From Octopus vulgaris (taxonomy: Eukaryota): a stretch of 64,000 nt of DNA. The notes under the pieces were generated by a model that had not been told where the DNA came from, ran no database searches, and saw only the letters and a program-made list of their open reading frames with translations. Below are positions 1 to 12,687 of the stretch, one piece after another. How positions within the stretch are numbered: position 1 is the stretch's first letter; every line of letters starts with the position of its first letter. The stretch is from the NCBI GenBank assembly GCA_951406725.2, contig OX597820.1:75330001-75394000 (forward strand), given 5' to 3'. The position numbers and the translations under genes were made by a program.

Positions 1-5
1 ACTAC

Positions 6-50
<45 letters not shown>

Positions 51-124
51 AATTTAAAGGTAATGCTATGCACTTCGTAATAATCCTTTTTATATGTGTG
101 TGTGTGTGTGTGTGTATAATGCAG

Positions 125-470
125 GGCGTGGCGTATAATCCCCGTCTAAACTCAATGTCGCCAACATTTCTCGGGTAATCAACAATACTCGATGAATGTC
201 ACGTACAAAGCGGTGTTCCGTTCCAGTGAATGTTCGATGATTATTCTAAATGTGGTTATCTCATCTGTGCATGATATCTCCTATCAGAAACCAGATAGTT
301 CATTTCGTTAAAATCTTCCCCTTCATCTTTCATCCTTTCAAGAAACGCCCGGTTAAACTTCTTTCCTGCGATAGAAAGGAATGTGGTCTTCCTGTAAGCG
401 TAGTCCTTTATGTTATCTTCCTTTTAAGCTTCGAGGAAGTGACCACGTTTACAGTTTTATAATAGCATCT
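125..470 (-). mobile_element. Possible highly decayed Tc1/mariner-like transposase remnant
   Basis: Non-repetitive, GC-richer stretch; minus-strand translation gives only scattered transposase-like words (TIWFL, YP.K, G.I.P) with stops and frameshifts. Confidence 0.3.
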
Positions 471-637
471 CTGTATCCCATTTCTACTTCAGAGAAGTTA
501 CAGTCCGTGCTACTGTAGCATCTAACCAATATCAAAAAATGTTTGGCAGAATTTAAGATATATATATATTATTCGAAATTTTACTGAAGTTTCAATGCGT
601 GGCATGAGTAGCCTCTCTCCTAATGTTTCTATGTATT

Positions 638-830
638 AAGGCGGCAAGCTCGCAGAATCGTTAGCACGGCTGGCAAAGTGCTTGGCGGCATTCGTCTGTC
701 TTTACTTCCTGTGTTCAAATTCTTCCGAGGTCGACTTCATCTTTCGTCCTTTTGGGATCGATCAAATAAGTACAAGCTGAGCACTTTGTTGGAAATATTA
801 GTGGCCTTGTTCCAAAATATGGAAGGAATA
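638..830 (+). mobile_element. SINE family A (tRNA head, Nin/Deu-like body), diverged
   Basis: aaggcggcaagctcgcagaatcgttagcacg...gaggtcgacttc...aaataagtac matches better-preserved copies at 26638, 28600 and 62227. Confidence 0.8.
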
Positions 831-1539
831 TTTCCAAATATGCATTATTGCATGACATTCGTTCGCTTAAACGGCTTGAGACTATGTTCATTGATCGTCT
901 ATCTCTAATTGGAACACGGACTTGTCTTAAATCTTATTACTTCTCCCAATGCGTCCACTGGTGTATAACAATAACATTTTTGTTAAAACACAGGCATATT
1001 GCACTCAGTTGATGTTTTATGTTGTTGTTCAACCTCAAGTCAAGATTTTCCATGTGAAGAGACATTTTCTCCTGAACATACAGTGTATTTCTATGTTTAA
1101 GCCTATTGGGTTTTCAGATAAATTCGTTTGCCTTTATTCTAGTTGGCTTCCTGTCGTCATATGTCTGAGATAAGCAAAAGTTATTTAAATTCTAAAAACG
1201 ATAAACATTAGTTGTAAAATAAGACAAAAGCAACAAAAATTCATAAAACCACTAAGAAAAATAGTTTTCGTATTCATTTAATTAACATCGGAAATGATTA
1301 AAATAGATGGAGAAAAAATTTAACTAGCAACCGAAAGTCGGTATGGAGAGATGGGAGAGAATTTAGACGTTGTAATTAACAACACGTAAACGACAACTCG
1401 TTATTCCATGAGCCTTCACAGTCAGTTTAAGATGCCAGCACACTTGTATCTATATCAGTTCTGAGGTGACCATCATTAGATGACAATTGGTATATCTATT
1501 TTTTTTGTTTATCGTTTATCTTTTGCTTGCTTTTGTCGT

Positions 1540-2245
1540 TAGATTACGGCCATACTGGGGCACCACATTGAAGGATTTTAGTTGAATGAATCGATCCACA
1601 GTACTTATTCAATCGATGACTTTTGCTGAACAGTAAAGTTAATGGAACGTAGACTCACGAACAGCGGTCATGAAGCAGTGGTAGAGGCACAGACACGGAC
1701 ACAAATAACAAACACACAAACATACAATCATACACACAGGCGCACATACACACACGCGCGCACAAATATATATATATATTGTTGTTTGTTCCTTCTCGAG
1801 TCATGCCTGGCTCATTACGGCCGGTTTCCCGGTTTCTTTGGCGAATAGGTTACCCAGCTGGACGGGACTCCGGTCCATCGCAAGTGAGCTGCAAGATGTA
1901 GGAGGAAAGAGTGAGAGAAAGTTGTGCCGAAAGAGTCAGCAGATGTTTCGCCATTACCTTCTGCCGGAGCCGCGTGGCGCTTAAGTGCTTCGCTCATAAA
2001 CACACACATCGCCCGGTCTGAGATTCGAACCCATGATTCCTCGACCGCGAGTCCACTGGGCCATGGCCTCCACAAACGCACGCACACACACATACATACA
2101 TACACACATACACATACACACGCACACACACACACACATATACATATACATGTAAACATGCACTGACCCTAGATACCACGGTCTGGGAATGAACCCGGAT
2201 CTTGTGGCTGGAAAGCAAACTTGTTATTATACGGGCACGCATACG
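1540..2245 (-). mobile_element. SINE family B, diverged, split by a nested family D SINE
   Basis: B tail (cggccatactggggcaccac) near 1547 and B head remnant at 2165-2245 flank the D element. Confidence 0.6.
1780..2075 (-). mobile_element. SINE family D (tRNA head)
   Basis: Reverse strand: ggaggccatggcccagtggactcgcggtcgaggaatcatgggttcgaatctc (pol III A/B-box-like), ending gcatgactcgagaaggaacaaacaac; 5' half similar to the SINE at 55155. Confidence 0.8.
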
Positions 2246-2803
2246 TCACTCAATTCTGTGTTTAACATCGAATTAATATTTCTATGAAATAATCCATCAC
2301 AATTCAAGAAATCTTTTCACTAGGAACAGCCCAAGCGTTTACCTGTGATATCATAATACGTTTTAGCTCTGTGTCTCCAGGATGGAAGTTAAAATTCTTT
2401 CAGTTTTGAGCAGATGTTTTCTTCTTTAGAGCGTCGAAGATGAATATCACATTCAGAACTAAGAGTAACCTTCTGACTTTATCTGAACACATGGTTCCTT
2501 TTCATATTTTTACGAATATACCATCTATAAACCATCGAAATACCAATAGCTATTACTAATATCAATGGCCGTACGACTGCACCTGGGCTCACTTCTTTTG
2601 AATATGTTGACATTTTTAAAAGTCAACATTTGTCGACAATAATTTAACTTACATTCGTTAAACCATCATATATTCGTTACGACTATTACAAACAATAATG
2701 ATTCTTACAAATCTTACAAGTTATTACAAGTCTTAGTCAAATTCTTCAAATGCAGCCTGTATCTACAGATGAAATCAGAAAAAAACAAATAATTATGTAC
2801 GTT

Positions 2804-2960
2804 GGCGCAAGAGTGGTCGTGTGGTAAAAAGCTTACTTCCCAACTACATGGTTGCGAGTTTAATCCTACTGCGTGGCACCTTGGGCAAGTGTCATAGGGC
2901 CAGCCAAAACATTGTGAGTGTATTTGGTAGGCGGAAACTGAAAGAAGCCTATCGTATAAT
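2804..2960 (+). mobile_element. SINE family B, 5' part
   Basis: ggcgcaagagtggtcgtgtggtaa...ggcaccttgggcaagtgtc...ggaaactgaaagaagcc. Confidence 0.8.
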
Positions 2961-3025
2961 ATATATATATATACGGAGCAAATAATTCAGGAGAATTTTA
3001 ATTATTCATATATATATATATATAT

Positions 3026-3205
3026 GGGGAGAATTCACAAAAAAAGACGAAAACGGGTGGTATAGACAACAACATGATGTATTAGTTTAACGCTCGGGGA
3101 GTGAAAGAGTCTTTAATGTTTCGAGCCCACGCTCTTCTACAGAAATGAACACAAAAAAACAAGGAGAGAAAATAAAGAACGTATAGTGGCTAGGGATCTA
3201 TCATG
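3026..3205 (-). repeat. Short dispersed repeat with degenerate hammerhead-like core, probably Penelope-derived
   Basis: Related copies at 15480-15645 (+) and 55990-56165 (-); core GAAGAGCGT.GGCTCGAAAC; flanked by (TA)n. Confidence 0.65.
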
Positions 3206-3248
<43 letters not shown>

Positions 3249-3715
3249 AGAAAGTGAGAGAGGGGAGGGAGAGATAGAGAGAGAGGCCTATATGGGTACA
3301 GGACGTCAGAAACTGAAAACAAATTAGTTAAATACGCAATCAATGAGAGAAACAAATGTAAAACAGGACAAGTAACATAAAGAACGACCCATCATCAGTT
3401 GTCGGCTGTCCATCATCCTCGTTCACATTTATTCACTTTTGTCTGTCCACTCTCTTTTGTTTTGTTTTGTTTGTTCTCGCTCCCATATTCTCCTCAAATT
3501 TTTGCGGGAACCACCTGTATTGGAAGTTCTCAGTTTTATCATTAATGGTGCGAAACTGATTACTACCAATTGGTTGAAAACTGATGAAGAATTAGGGACC
3601 GTCTGTGCCTCTCTCCAGTCCGGTTGAAGACTCAGTATGTCCTTTGCTTATTTACCATACATTTTTCATTCATGCACACTCACACACACACATACACACA
3701 TATATGTATATGTAC

Positions 3716-3799
<84 letters not shown>

Positions 3800-4900
3800 A
3801 TATTAGGGAATAAATCCAAATTTACAGGGAAAAAAATCAGATTTAGGATTAAATCCAATTTTATAGTAAAATATTATAAAATATTATTAGAGACAAAACC
3901 ACTATTTTGCAAAACAAACAAGGAAAGACTTAATCAATACATAAAATTTTAATAAATAGTCAAAAAAACCGCCACTACAATCGTTTCTTGTCTTGATCGA
4001 CAATCTTCAGGTGGACTTCAATCTAAAATATCAATATTTTAAAATATACAAATAATAATTTTAAAATAATTAAAGTATGAATGAAAAAATATAAATATAT
4101 AATCCATATATAACCTATATATAATCCATATATAATCAATATATAAACAATATATAAACTAAAATAAACCTATCAACAATTAAATATAAAATATAAAATA
4201 TAAAACAAAACAAAAAAATAAAATAAAAAAATAATAATAATAATATAATAATAAACTATATATACACCCATACACATATACCTAATTATATATAACCATA
4301 TCTAACTACATACACTAAATCACACACCTATATATATATCCCTATACATACACATAAAAACGTCTAGGCAACTATAAATAAATAAAATAGCTAAATACTT
4401 CAACACAATACTTATTCATACTCCCACACACACACACATACAACCCACATTCACGCTCTAGAAAACGGACATCACTCAAAATTATGAACGGAGAAATGGA
4501 ATAAATGGAATTAAAAATTATATACACTTGGTAAAACGAACACTACTTAAAAATTATGAATGAAACAATGCAATAAAACAACAGACATCGCAAATATACA
4601 CAAATTACTACGAATTCCTTAACAAACCTACCATAATAAACCAAAACTCACAAAAACATATAATGATAAAATCTCCCTTTACTAAACTCTATAACATACC
4701 TATATAGCAATCCCCCCTAACCTAAACATTCACACACAAATACACACACGTAAACCACACACCCACGACATATACAAATACCCACACCACTTACACATAC
4801 CAATACATACATATAAACCTCAACATATACTCCAAAAACCCACTCAACCCCACACAGACAAATAAACACAAAAATTATGAATGGATTCTTTAATAAAACT
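3800..4900 (-). repeat. Low-complexity, strand-skewed repeat (A/C-rich on +) carrying a hammerhead motif; probable non-autonomous Penelope-like element
   Basis: Almost no G on + strand from 4020 to 4900; hammerhead motif at 3972-4014. Confidence 0.45.
3972..4014 (-). ncRNA. Minimal type I hammerhead ribozyme motif
   Basis: Minus strand CCAC-CUGAAGA-UUGUC-gaucaa-GACAA-GAAAC-gauu-GUA-GUGG: stem I CCAC/GUGG, stem II UUGUC/GACAA, intact core, GUA cleavage triplet. Confidence 0.75.
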
Positions 4901-5130
4901 AATATGTATGTGTGTGTATGTATGTGTGTCTGTGTTTCTTCACCACTACCACCAGACAATCGGTGTTATTGTGTTTACGTCTCCATGACGTAACGGTTCG
5001 GCAAAATACAATTGTACCAGGCTTTAAAAATAAGAAGTCCTGGTATCGAATTGTTCATCTAAAACCCTTCAAAGCAGCGCCCCAGCATGGCCGCAGTCAA
5101 ATGACTGAAACATCCAAAGGATAAAGTTTA
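4900..5130 (+). mobile_element. SINE family B, 3' part
   Basis: aacggttcggcaaaa...ccccagcatggccgcagtcaaatgactgaaac. Confidence 0.8.
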
Positions 5131-5269
5131 AAGAGACATTCAATTACTCTCGTACCTTTCAACTTATTCCCAAACCATGAAGTCAAAGCCTCTTTTCTGC
5201 TAATTATTCTGAGAATGCCTTCATACACACTAGTTTCACAAGCTGAGCAGGGATTCTAGTATATTCGTT

Positions 5270-5480
5270 TCTACTCAAGGCACAAGGCCCGAAAATTTTG
5301 GGAAGTGGGCCAGTGGATTAGATCGACCCCAGTACGCAACTGATACTTAATTTATCGATCCCGAAAGGATCAAATGCAAAGTCAACCTCGGGGGAATAGG
5401 ACTTAGAATGTAAAGACAGATGAAATATCGCTAAGCATTTCGCCCGGAGTACTAACGTTTCTGCCAGTTCGCCGCCTTAT
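5270..5480 (-). mobile_element. SINE family A
   Basis: Reverse complement of the A consensus, ending ...ctgccagttcgccgcctta. Confidence 0.85.
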
Positions 5481-5569
5481 GGATTTCAGTATATTGCCAC
5501 GAATCCGTAGTTGCATCTGATGCGAGAAAGCTTTTGAACGAGATAGAACGTGTACATTATAACCCGTGA

Positions 5570-5800
5570 AAACGTGTGGCCAAGTAGTTTGGCTGCAGCA
5601 CTCAGGATCGCTATATCATGGTTTCGATTCCCAGACCTGGCGGTGCGATGTTTTCTCAAGCAAAACACATCTTTTCACGTTGCTCCAATCTCGCTTTCGA
5701 TAAGAGGTGATGGGGTGATGTTGACCTATCACCTAGCCAGTAGGGTGGCATCATTTGAAGGCTGAAACGATGCTGCAAAACGCATTGTGTCTAGTGATCA
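5570..5800 (+). mobile_element. Diverged tRNA-head SINE (D/E-like)
   Basis: gtgtggccaagtagtt...tttcgattcccagacctggcggtgcgatgttttctcaagcaaaacac...cacgttgctcc. Confidence 0.55.
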
Positions 5801-6730
5801 CGAAAGAAAAGATTTTATAAATAAAACAAGGTATCATAATCTAGTACATTATGTCTCTCCAGAAAGGCGGTGAGTTTCCCTATGACAAAACAAGAACGCA
5901 GATAGAGCGTTTACTACATAAAGTAGTTTGGCACACTTTGTCAGTCTTGTTAAATTTAAAATAATTATCAAAAGTATTATGAACATGACCAACCATATTG
6001 TTTTCAGTTGTATTAAAACATTATGTTGAAACTAATGGATGACAACATTACTATGTCAAACGGTTTATGAACACCTTAAAGGAACCATCTCTCTCATTTC
6101 TGTTGTCCCTCTCCTTTAATTCATATCGTTATGGATATTATGAATATATAATACGTTATTTGAGGTTTTGGAGTACAATCGACATCCAATGAATCAATAG
6201 CAAATTATATCTGACAAAGTTTTGAATGATTTTAGGATATTCAGGAAAGTGTCAAGCCGTTAACATAATCCAGGATTATTTTATCCTTTACATACATTAA
6301 CACCTTCATTAATATAGATCTAACTGATTAATGCCAATTCTCCATGCATAATTACTGAGTTAACGAATGCGTCTTTGATGGCTTATTTAGTGCAATATTC
6401 ACCTAGAGGGTAATAAAAACACTAATCGCTAATTAGATATTTCACTTTCTCTTTGAAAACCTGCTGGAAATTGTGCCACGTACTTCAAAGTATATAACTT
6501 AAATATGTTCTCTTCTGTTTTTAATTATTTAACTGGTTTCTCTGAGGAAGGAGCTGGTGTTTAATGAAGATACAACTCTCCATCGCTGGAATGTAGATAA
6601 TGAAAACAATGTCACATATTAAACATGCATATTTTACTGCTCCACTTCCAGGTTGTATTTGTAACGTGCGAGTTTGTTAGCTGATCTCTTTTTCTGAGAA
6701 ATTGAAGCTTACCTACACTATGCATTTATG

Positions 6731-6764
<34 letters not shown>

Positions 6765-6774
6765 TGTATGTATG

Positions 6775-7010
6775 TATGCAGTGTATGCCAGAAAGTTTGC
6801 AAATACAACGGAGGCCTTAAAAGACATGTTAAGTTCCACAAAGAGCAGAACGTATATGCAGGCCTTGGTGGTCCAAATCAAAGGTGCAATCTATGTGGGT
6901 GTCTTTACAGACCATTGTCTGGTTTAAAATAAGCCACATCAGATGCCATGATAGTGCTCAGGTGTAGGTACAGGAAGTGGTCAAACTCTGCATAAGGAGT
7001 AGATAACCAC
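6775..7010 (+). mobile_element. 3' end of an RTE-like LINE encoding two C2H2-type zinc fingers
   Basis: CSVCQKVCKYNGGLKRHVKFH and CNLCGCLYRPLSGLK/SHIRCH (frameshifted), short 3' UTR, (TATG)n on both sides. Confidence 0.6.
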
Positions 7011-7446
7011 TATGTATGTATGTATGTATGTATGTGTGTATATGGTAAATGAAAATGGAAAGAATTTGTTATTAATCACGACAATTGTTTCGACACACCT
7101 AGCAACGACCCCCACGAGTGAGACATTTAATAACTGGTTCAGGTGCATCCCGTGTTTTTTTTTTTTTTTTTCATTTTTCATCGGGTGATAAACATAAACA
7201 ACTAGTCAAAATATAATGATCAGTGTTTGCAAAATTAACACGCAACAACACACTTTCTGATATGTTAATAGTCAATACCAACATTATTATCTCTTCTCTC
7301 CCACGCGTTATTCATAGTTTATTGAGAAATTATTACTGATTGAAGATAACAAGAAATTGAATCGAACTATATAAAAGTCGGGTAATTGTGTGTACGAATC
7401 TATATCGAATAAACCAGAGCAAGTTAATTTGCTAAACAAATATGTA

Positions 7447-7640
7447 AGGCGTAGGCTTCGCTGTGTGGTGGAGTCGCTCACTTTGCAACCTAGTAGTTTC
7501 GGGTTCAATCCCATTACGGGAAACCTTGGCTAAGTACTTTCTATCATAGCCATGGGCCGATTAATTATTTGTGAAAGAAATTAGTAGCGGCATCTGCCTG
7601 TCGTATATGTGTATATATATGTGTGTGTGTGTGTGCGTGT
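7447..7640 (+). mobile_element. SINE family B head, diverged
   Basis: aggcgtaggcttcgctgtgtggt...cgggttcaatccca...accttggctaagtac. Confidence 0.65.
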
Positions 7641-7814
7641 GTATACAGAATAGGATAAATTTTTCAAAAAATTTTATCTGTGGCCAGCATATTAAAAAAT
7701 ATTTTTAAGGTGAAAATTATAAACAACTTATAAATAAGGGCAAAAGAAAAGAAATTCCAATGCCAAATATGCCGAGGATAGACTTTAAATCGTCAATAAC
7801 CACATATAATTTGT

Positions 7815-7876
<62 letters not shown>

Positions 7877-7896
7877 CTCTCTCTCTCTCTCTCTCT

Positions 7897-7940
<44 letters not shown>

Positions 7941-7972
7941 TATATAAACATATATATATATATACATACACG

Positions 7973-8024
<52 letters not shown>

Positions 8025-8044
8025 AATATATATATCTAAAAAAG

Positions 8045-8775
8045 CTCCGGAAGCTCCAATACTGACATTTCAAAGTGTCTGGCTGTCAATCTGAGGATGG
8101 TGCAATCTGAAGACATGTACTGAATGAGATAAAAATCAATCATCAAGTCAATATCATGGTGTTTGGAGTGACGACTAGTGATGGCGACGTTATGCTTCCA
8201 CTCATCCCACACGGCTTCAGACACAACACTGAGGTCTACATCAAGTGACTGGAGAAGGTAGTGCCCTGGTCAAGAAGGTGCCCTGTGTCAAGAAGGTGCC
8301 CTGTGTCAAGACGGTGGCTACTGGAAGACTCTATGTCTGGCGAAAGGATTCTGCCCCATGGCTCACAAGCAGAAGAATCTAGTCTTGGCTATCAGAGAAT
8401 TTCTGCGACCACATCATCCCAAACATTTGGCTACCAAACTCCCCAGACTTGCAACCCCCTTGATTATTATGTGTAGGGCGTAGTTGATCGAGAGACCTAC
8501 CAAACTCCTTGTAATACCAAAGATGTACTGAATGCCAGGGCTGTGGCAGCATTCACCACCTTAAACAAGGAGTCCGTCCAGAAGATTTGCAGGAGATTCC
8601 GAAGTCTTTTGGAGACCGTGGTTGAAGCCAGTGATGATTTTATTGAATAGATTTTCTCTTTAGTATTTCAAGATATGTTTATGTAATTTTGGTAAATATA
8701 TCTATTAAAATGAGATGTCAGTGTTTTTTTTCCAATTTTGAGTAATTTAGATGACAGTATATTCACCAAAACCTA
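8045..8775 (+). mobile_element. Tc1/mariner (maT/DD37D-like) transposase fragment, pseudogenised
   Basis: Frameshifted MVFGVTTSDGDVM, DSAP-like, NIWLPNSPD-CNPLDYYV motifs; ends in a TIR-like segment followed by (TA)n. Confidence 0.8.
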
Positions 8776-8961
8776 TATATATATATATAATTCAAATTAA
8801 GATGAAAGTAAACAAACAAACAAAGTTTTCTTTAGAAGCGTCGAGATGTCTTAGAAAGTTAAAGAAATAATTTGTTTTATTATTCTCGAACGCAGGATAA
8901 TGATAATAATATTGCATGAGCAGGATAAACTACTCCTTTTTTACATAAAAAATTACTTATG

Positions 8962-9006
<45 letters not shown>

Positions 9007-9235
9007 TAATCCAAACAAGAAAACACAGAAAAAAAGAGTAAAAAACACAGCAACGCAGGACGTGGAACAATTAAAGTATTCTTGACGCTCAGGAAAGAAG
9101 GGAAGGAGGGTTTATATATATATATAATATCAGGGTCATAAAGATTTTAGAAATTTTTACTACTAGTGGCTTAGCGTATAGGAAAATTAGTCAATAGACT
9201 ATATATTATTCATATAAAATACAGCGTACATTTAA

Positions 9236-9316
9236 ACACATTAAGAGGTATCCATCATAGGACTCCCTGATGCTGTTTCTTTTAGCGTAATGGAGTCCTT
9301 TGATATATACCTCTTA

Positions 9317-9322
<6 letters not shown>
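9236..9322. repeat. Imperfect inverted repeat (hairpin)
   Basis: acacattaagaggtat...ggactcc pairs with ggagtcc...atacctcttaatgtgt. Confidence 0.8.
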
Positions 9323-9363
<41 letters not shown>

Positions 9364-9689
9364 AAAAGGAGATGTGGAACACGAGTTGTGATATATAAAA
9401 AAGGAAATGAAGAAAATGCTGACAAAATAATTTAAGTAAGGGAGAGTGTATTTAATTAGGTGAAAGTTCTTTTTTTAAACAAAAAAAGAGAAAAATTGGG
9501 TTAGAATACAATTTTCATTTTTTGTGAATGACTTCAGTGTATAAGAAAAAAAGTAAGAGTCTTTTACAGTGTTCTGTTTCAGAATAAGATATTTAGTAAA
9601 AGCGTGTAATATACTGTGGAAAAGTTCAATGTCAGATATATATATATATATATATATATATGTTATATATATATATATATATATATATA

Positions 9690-9880
9690 GTATTAGCTTC
9701 AAAATCTGGCACAAAGTCAGCAAATTCGGGGTAGGGTTTAAGTAGAATACATCCTCCGCAGTAGTCAGCAGCTACAATTTTTTCCTTGACACCGAAAGGA
9801 TGAAAGGCAAAATCGACATCGCCGGAATTTGAACTCAGAACTTTCACCTTCAAATTATTTTGTCACATTTTCTTCATTTC

Positions 9881-9928
<48 letters not shown>

Positions 9929-10160
9929 TACTGTTTCGAAAAATTAGCTTCAAAATCTGTCACAAAGTCAGCAAATTCGGGGAGGGTTTAAGTAGATTAC
10001 ATCCTCCGCAGTAGTCAGCAGCTACAATTTTTTCCTCGACACCGAAAGGATGAAAGGCAAAATCGACATGGCCGGAATTTGAACTCAGCACCTAAAAAAC
10101 GCACGAAATATCGTTAAGTCTTTTGCTCGTTGTGTTTAACGGTTGTGCCACCTCGCCGCC
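9690..10160 (-). mobile_element. Diverged SINE family A with its 3' 150 bp tandemly duplicated
   Basis: 9692-9838 is nearly identical to 9942-10088; the copies are separated by a short unique stretch and (TA)n. Confidence 0.75.
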
Positions 10161-10199
10161 TTATCCTTGCGTTTCATTCAAATATACATTCGGTATGTA

Positions 10200-10430
10200 T
10201 TTCGTGTGCATGTGTGTATGTGTGTATGTCTGTCAGTGCGTTGTGTCTTTGCTTGTTACGCCCACATCTTACCAGTCAACAACACATGTTGGTTTGTTTA
10301 CGTCCTCGCAATTTTACGGTTGGCGAACAGACTTTACAAAAATAAGTACCGGCGTCGAGTTGTTCTGATAAAACCGTTAGAGGTGGTGCCCCAGTATGAC
10401 CGCAGTCCAATGACTGAAGCAAGTTAAAGA
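10200..10430 (+). mobile_element. SINE family B, 3' part, diverged
   Basis: ttgtttacgtcc...aataagtacc...ggtgccccagtatgaccgcagtccaatgactgaa. Confidence 0.7.
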
Positions 10431-10739
10431 CAGAGAAACAAGGTTGTCATTTCACTCGTAAACGTTGTTGCTTGGACGACATTTTAGTTTTCTATTTATT
10501 TGTGGATAATAGCAAGAAATTGAATCGAATTAAATAGAACCCAGATAATTCTGAGTAGGATTTTGGCAAAGCTATAATTGACGGAGAGCGAGGGGACAAG
10601 AATATGTCGCATAATATGATGGCATAGGTACGCCTGTTCGTTAATAACCCAGGCAACCTTATGAAAAGAAATGGATATGGGAGGTCGAGCCAATGTGGAT
10701 GCTATGTTTTAGTTGCCTGCAGAGATATGTGTGAGTGTG

Positions 10740-10741
10740 TA

Positions 10742-10786
<45 letters not shown>

Positions 10787-11244
10787 AACAGACATACAGA
10801 CAGACATACAGAGAAAGAATGATAGGGAGAGAGAGAGACAGACAGACAGAGCAAAAAAAAGAGAGGTAAAGAATGGGAGAAAGTGGGTGAAAGAGGGAGA
10901 GAGAGATTAACGGGAGTTGAAGTAGAAATGGAAAGAGAGAGAGAGATGGAGAGAGATAGGGATGAGAGATGGAGAGAAATAGAGATGAGAGAGGGAGAGG
11001 AGAAAAGCTGGAGGTGAAGTAGAAAAGAGTGAGAGAAAGAGTGAGGGATGGGGAAAGTGAGACGGTGAGGGGTAGAGAGATACCAGATAGAGGTGAAGTA
11101 GAGAGAGAAAGAGAGAGTGTGCCTGTTTGTGCGTATGAGTATGAAAGCGTGACAGGAAGAGAAGGGATAGGTGTAGACAGATAGATAGATAGATAGGTAG
11201 GTAGGTAGGTAGATAGATAGATAGATAGATAGATAGACAGATAG

Positions 11245-11275
<31 letters not shown>

Positions 11276-11349
11276 TAGATAGATAGATAGATTGAGAGAG
11301 AGAGAGAGAGATAAAAAGAGATAGATAGATAGATAGATAGATAGGTAGG

Positions 11350-11389
<40 letters not shown>

Positions 11390-11424
11390 GTGAGAGAGAG
11401 AGAGATAAAAAGAGATAGACAAAC

Positions 11425-11503
<79 letters not shown>

Positions 11504-11544
11504 GTGAGAGAGAGAGAAAGAGAAACACAGACAGACGGAAAAAC

Positions 11545-11619
<75 letters not shown>

Positions 11620-11820
11620 CAGGTAGATAGACAGGTAGATAGAGTAAGTGAGAGAGAAAAACGGGAAGTGAAATGGAAAGCGAAAAAATGTGCCTGAAAG
11701 GAAAGGAAAAGGTGAATGTAAAGAGATAGCGAGAGAGAAAGATAAAAAAAGACGAGGGAGAGGGAGGGAGGGAGGGAGAGTTAAGGAGTGAGAGTGAGAG
11801 ATAGAAGATGAGAAGGAGAG
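10740..11820. repeat. About 1.1 kb purine-rich compound microsatellite (GA)n/(GATA)n
   Basis: Direct reading; source of the spurious 289 aa and 171 aa ORFs. Confidence 0.95.
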
Positions 11821-11904
11821 TTTGCTCCCTTAGACTGTTCGGTCTTCTACGTAACGTTAAGTATTGATTAAATCGTACTGGCGGTTAAGAAGAATTCTGC
11901 ACGT

Positions 11905-11942
<38 letters not shown>

Positions 11943-12052
11943 ACACACATACACACATGCAAAGAAACATCACGCACGCGAATGTTCTTGTGTGCGCCTG
12001 CGTTTGAGAATGCGAGTTATGTATTAGTGTATGCGAGAGTTTGAATATATGC

Positions 12053-12093
<41 letters not shown>

Positions 12094-12687
12094 TGTGCAT
12101 GTGTGTGTGCGTGTGTGTATCTGGTTATAGTTCTAATGAATTTGTGGGTTTGCTGGTATGTATGGAGTAACTACGTTAGTGTTATATAAAGAGAAAGAGT
12201 AATAACGAAATACAGGAGGAAAACGAGCATTAGAAATAAGGTGACAGTTTAGAGAGGAGGGGAAGTAATAGCGAATGGAGAGGGAATGTACGTGTGTGTG
12301 TGTTGGGGAGAGAAAAAGAGAGACAATTGGCCTGCAGCCAGTCTGCAGATGTCGTTGTTAATTAACAAATGCGTTGCTTATTCCGAGACTGAACGACTGG
12401 TGGCATGCGAAGGGAAAGAACGTAGAGACTCAAGACAAGATACACCCCTCTTTATTACACTCAAGGAACAAAACAGCCTGGCTTCAGACAACGAACAGAC
12501 TTTTGCAGTAAAGCAGAATTGGTTCTTCGAGAAATTTAGCAATTGAGGAAGCTAGGATTTTCTATTTCTTCCACGGTTTTCCCTTTAATAATTTTGAAAG
12601 GATCATAAGCGGAGAGCGAAAGAATTTAAAAATATATCATGCATCTCTAAGTTATACCGTGGCATTAATATATATATAAATATATAT

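Noticed and set aside
6702-6932. Host C2H2 zinc-finger gene
   Set aside because: No TGEKP linkers, frameshifted, bounded by microsatellites; fits a LINE 3' end better
10659-11528. 289 aa ORF
   Set aside because: Translation of (TCTA)n/(TC)n microsatellite
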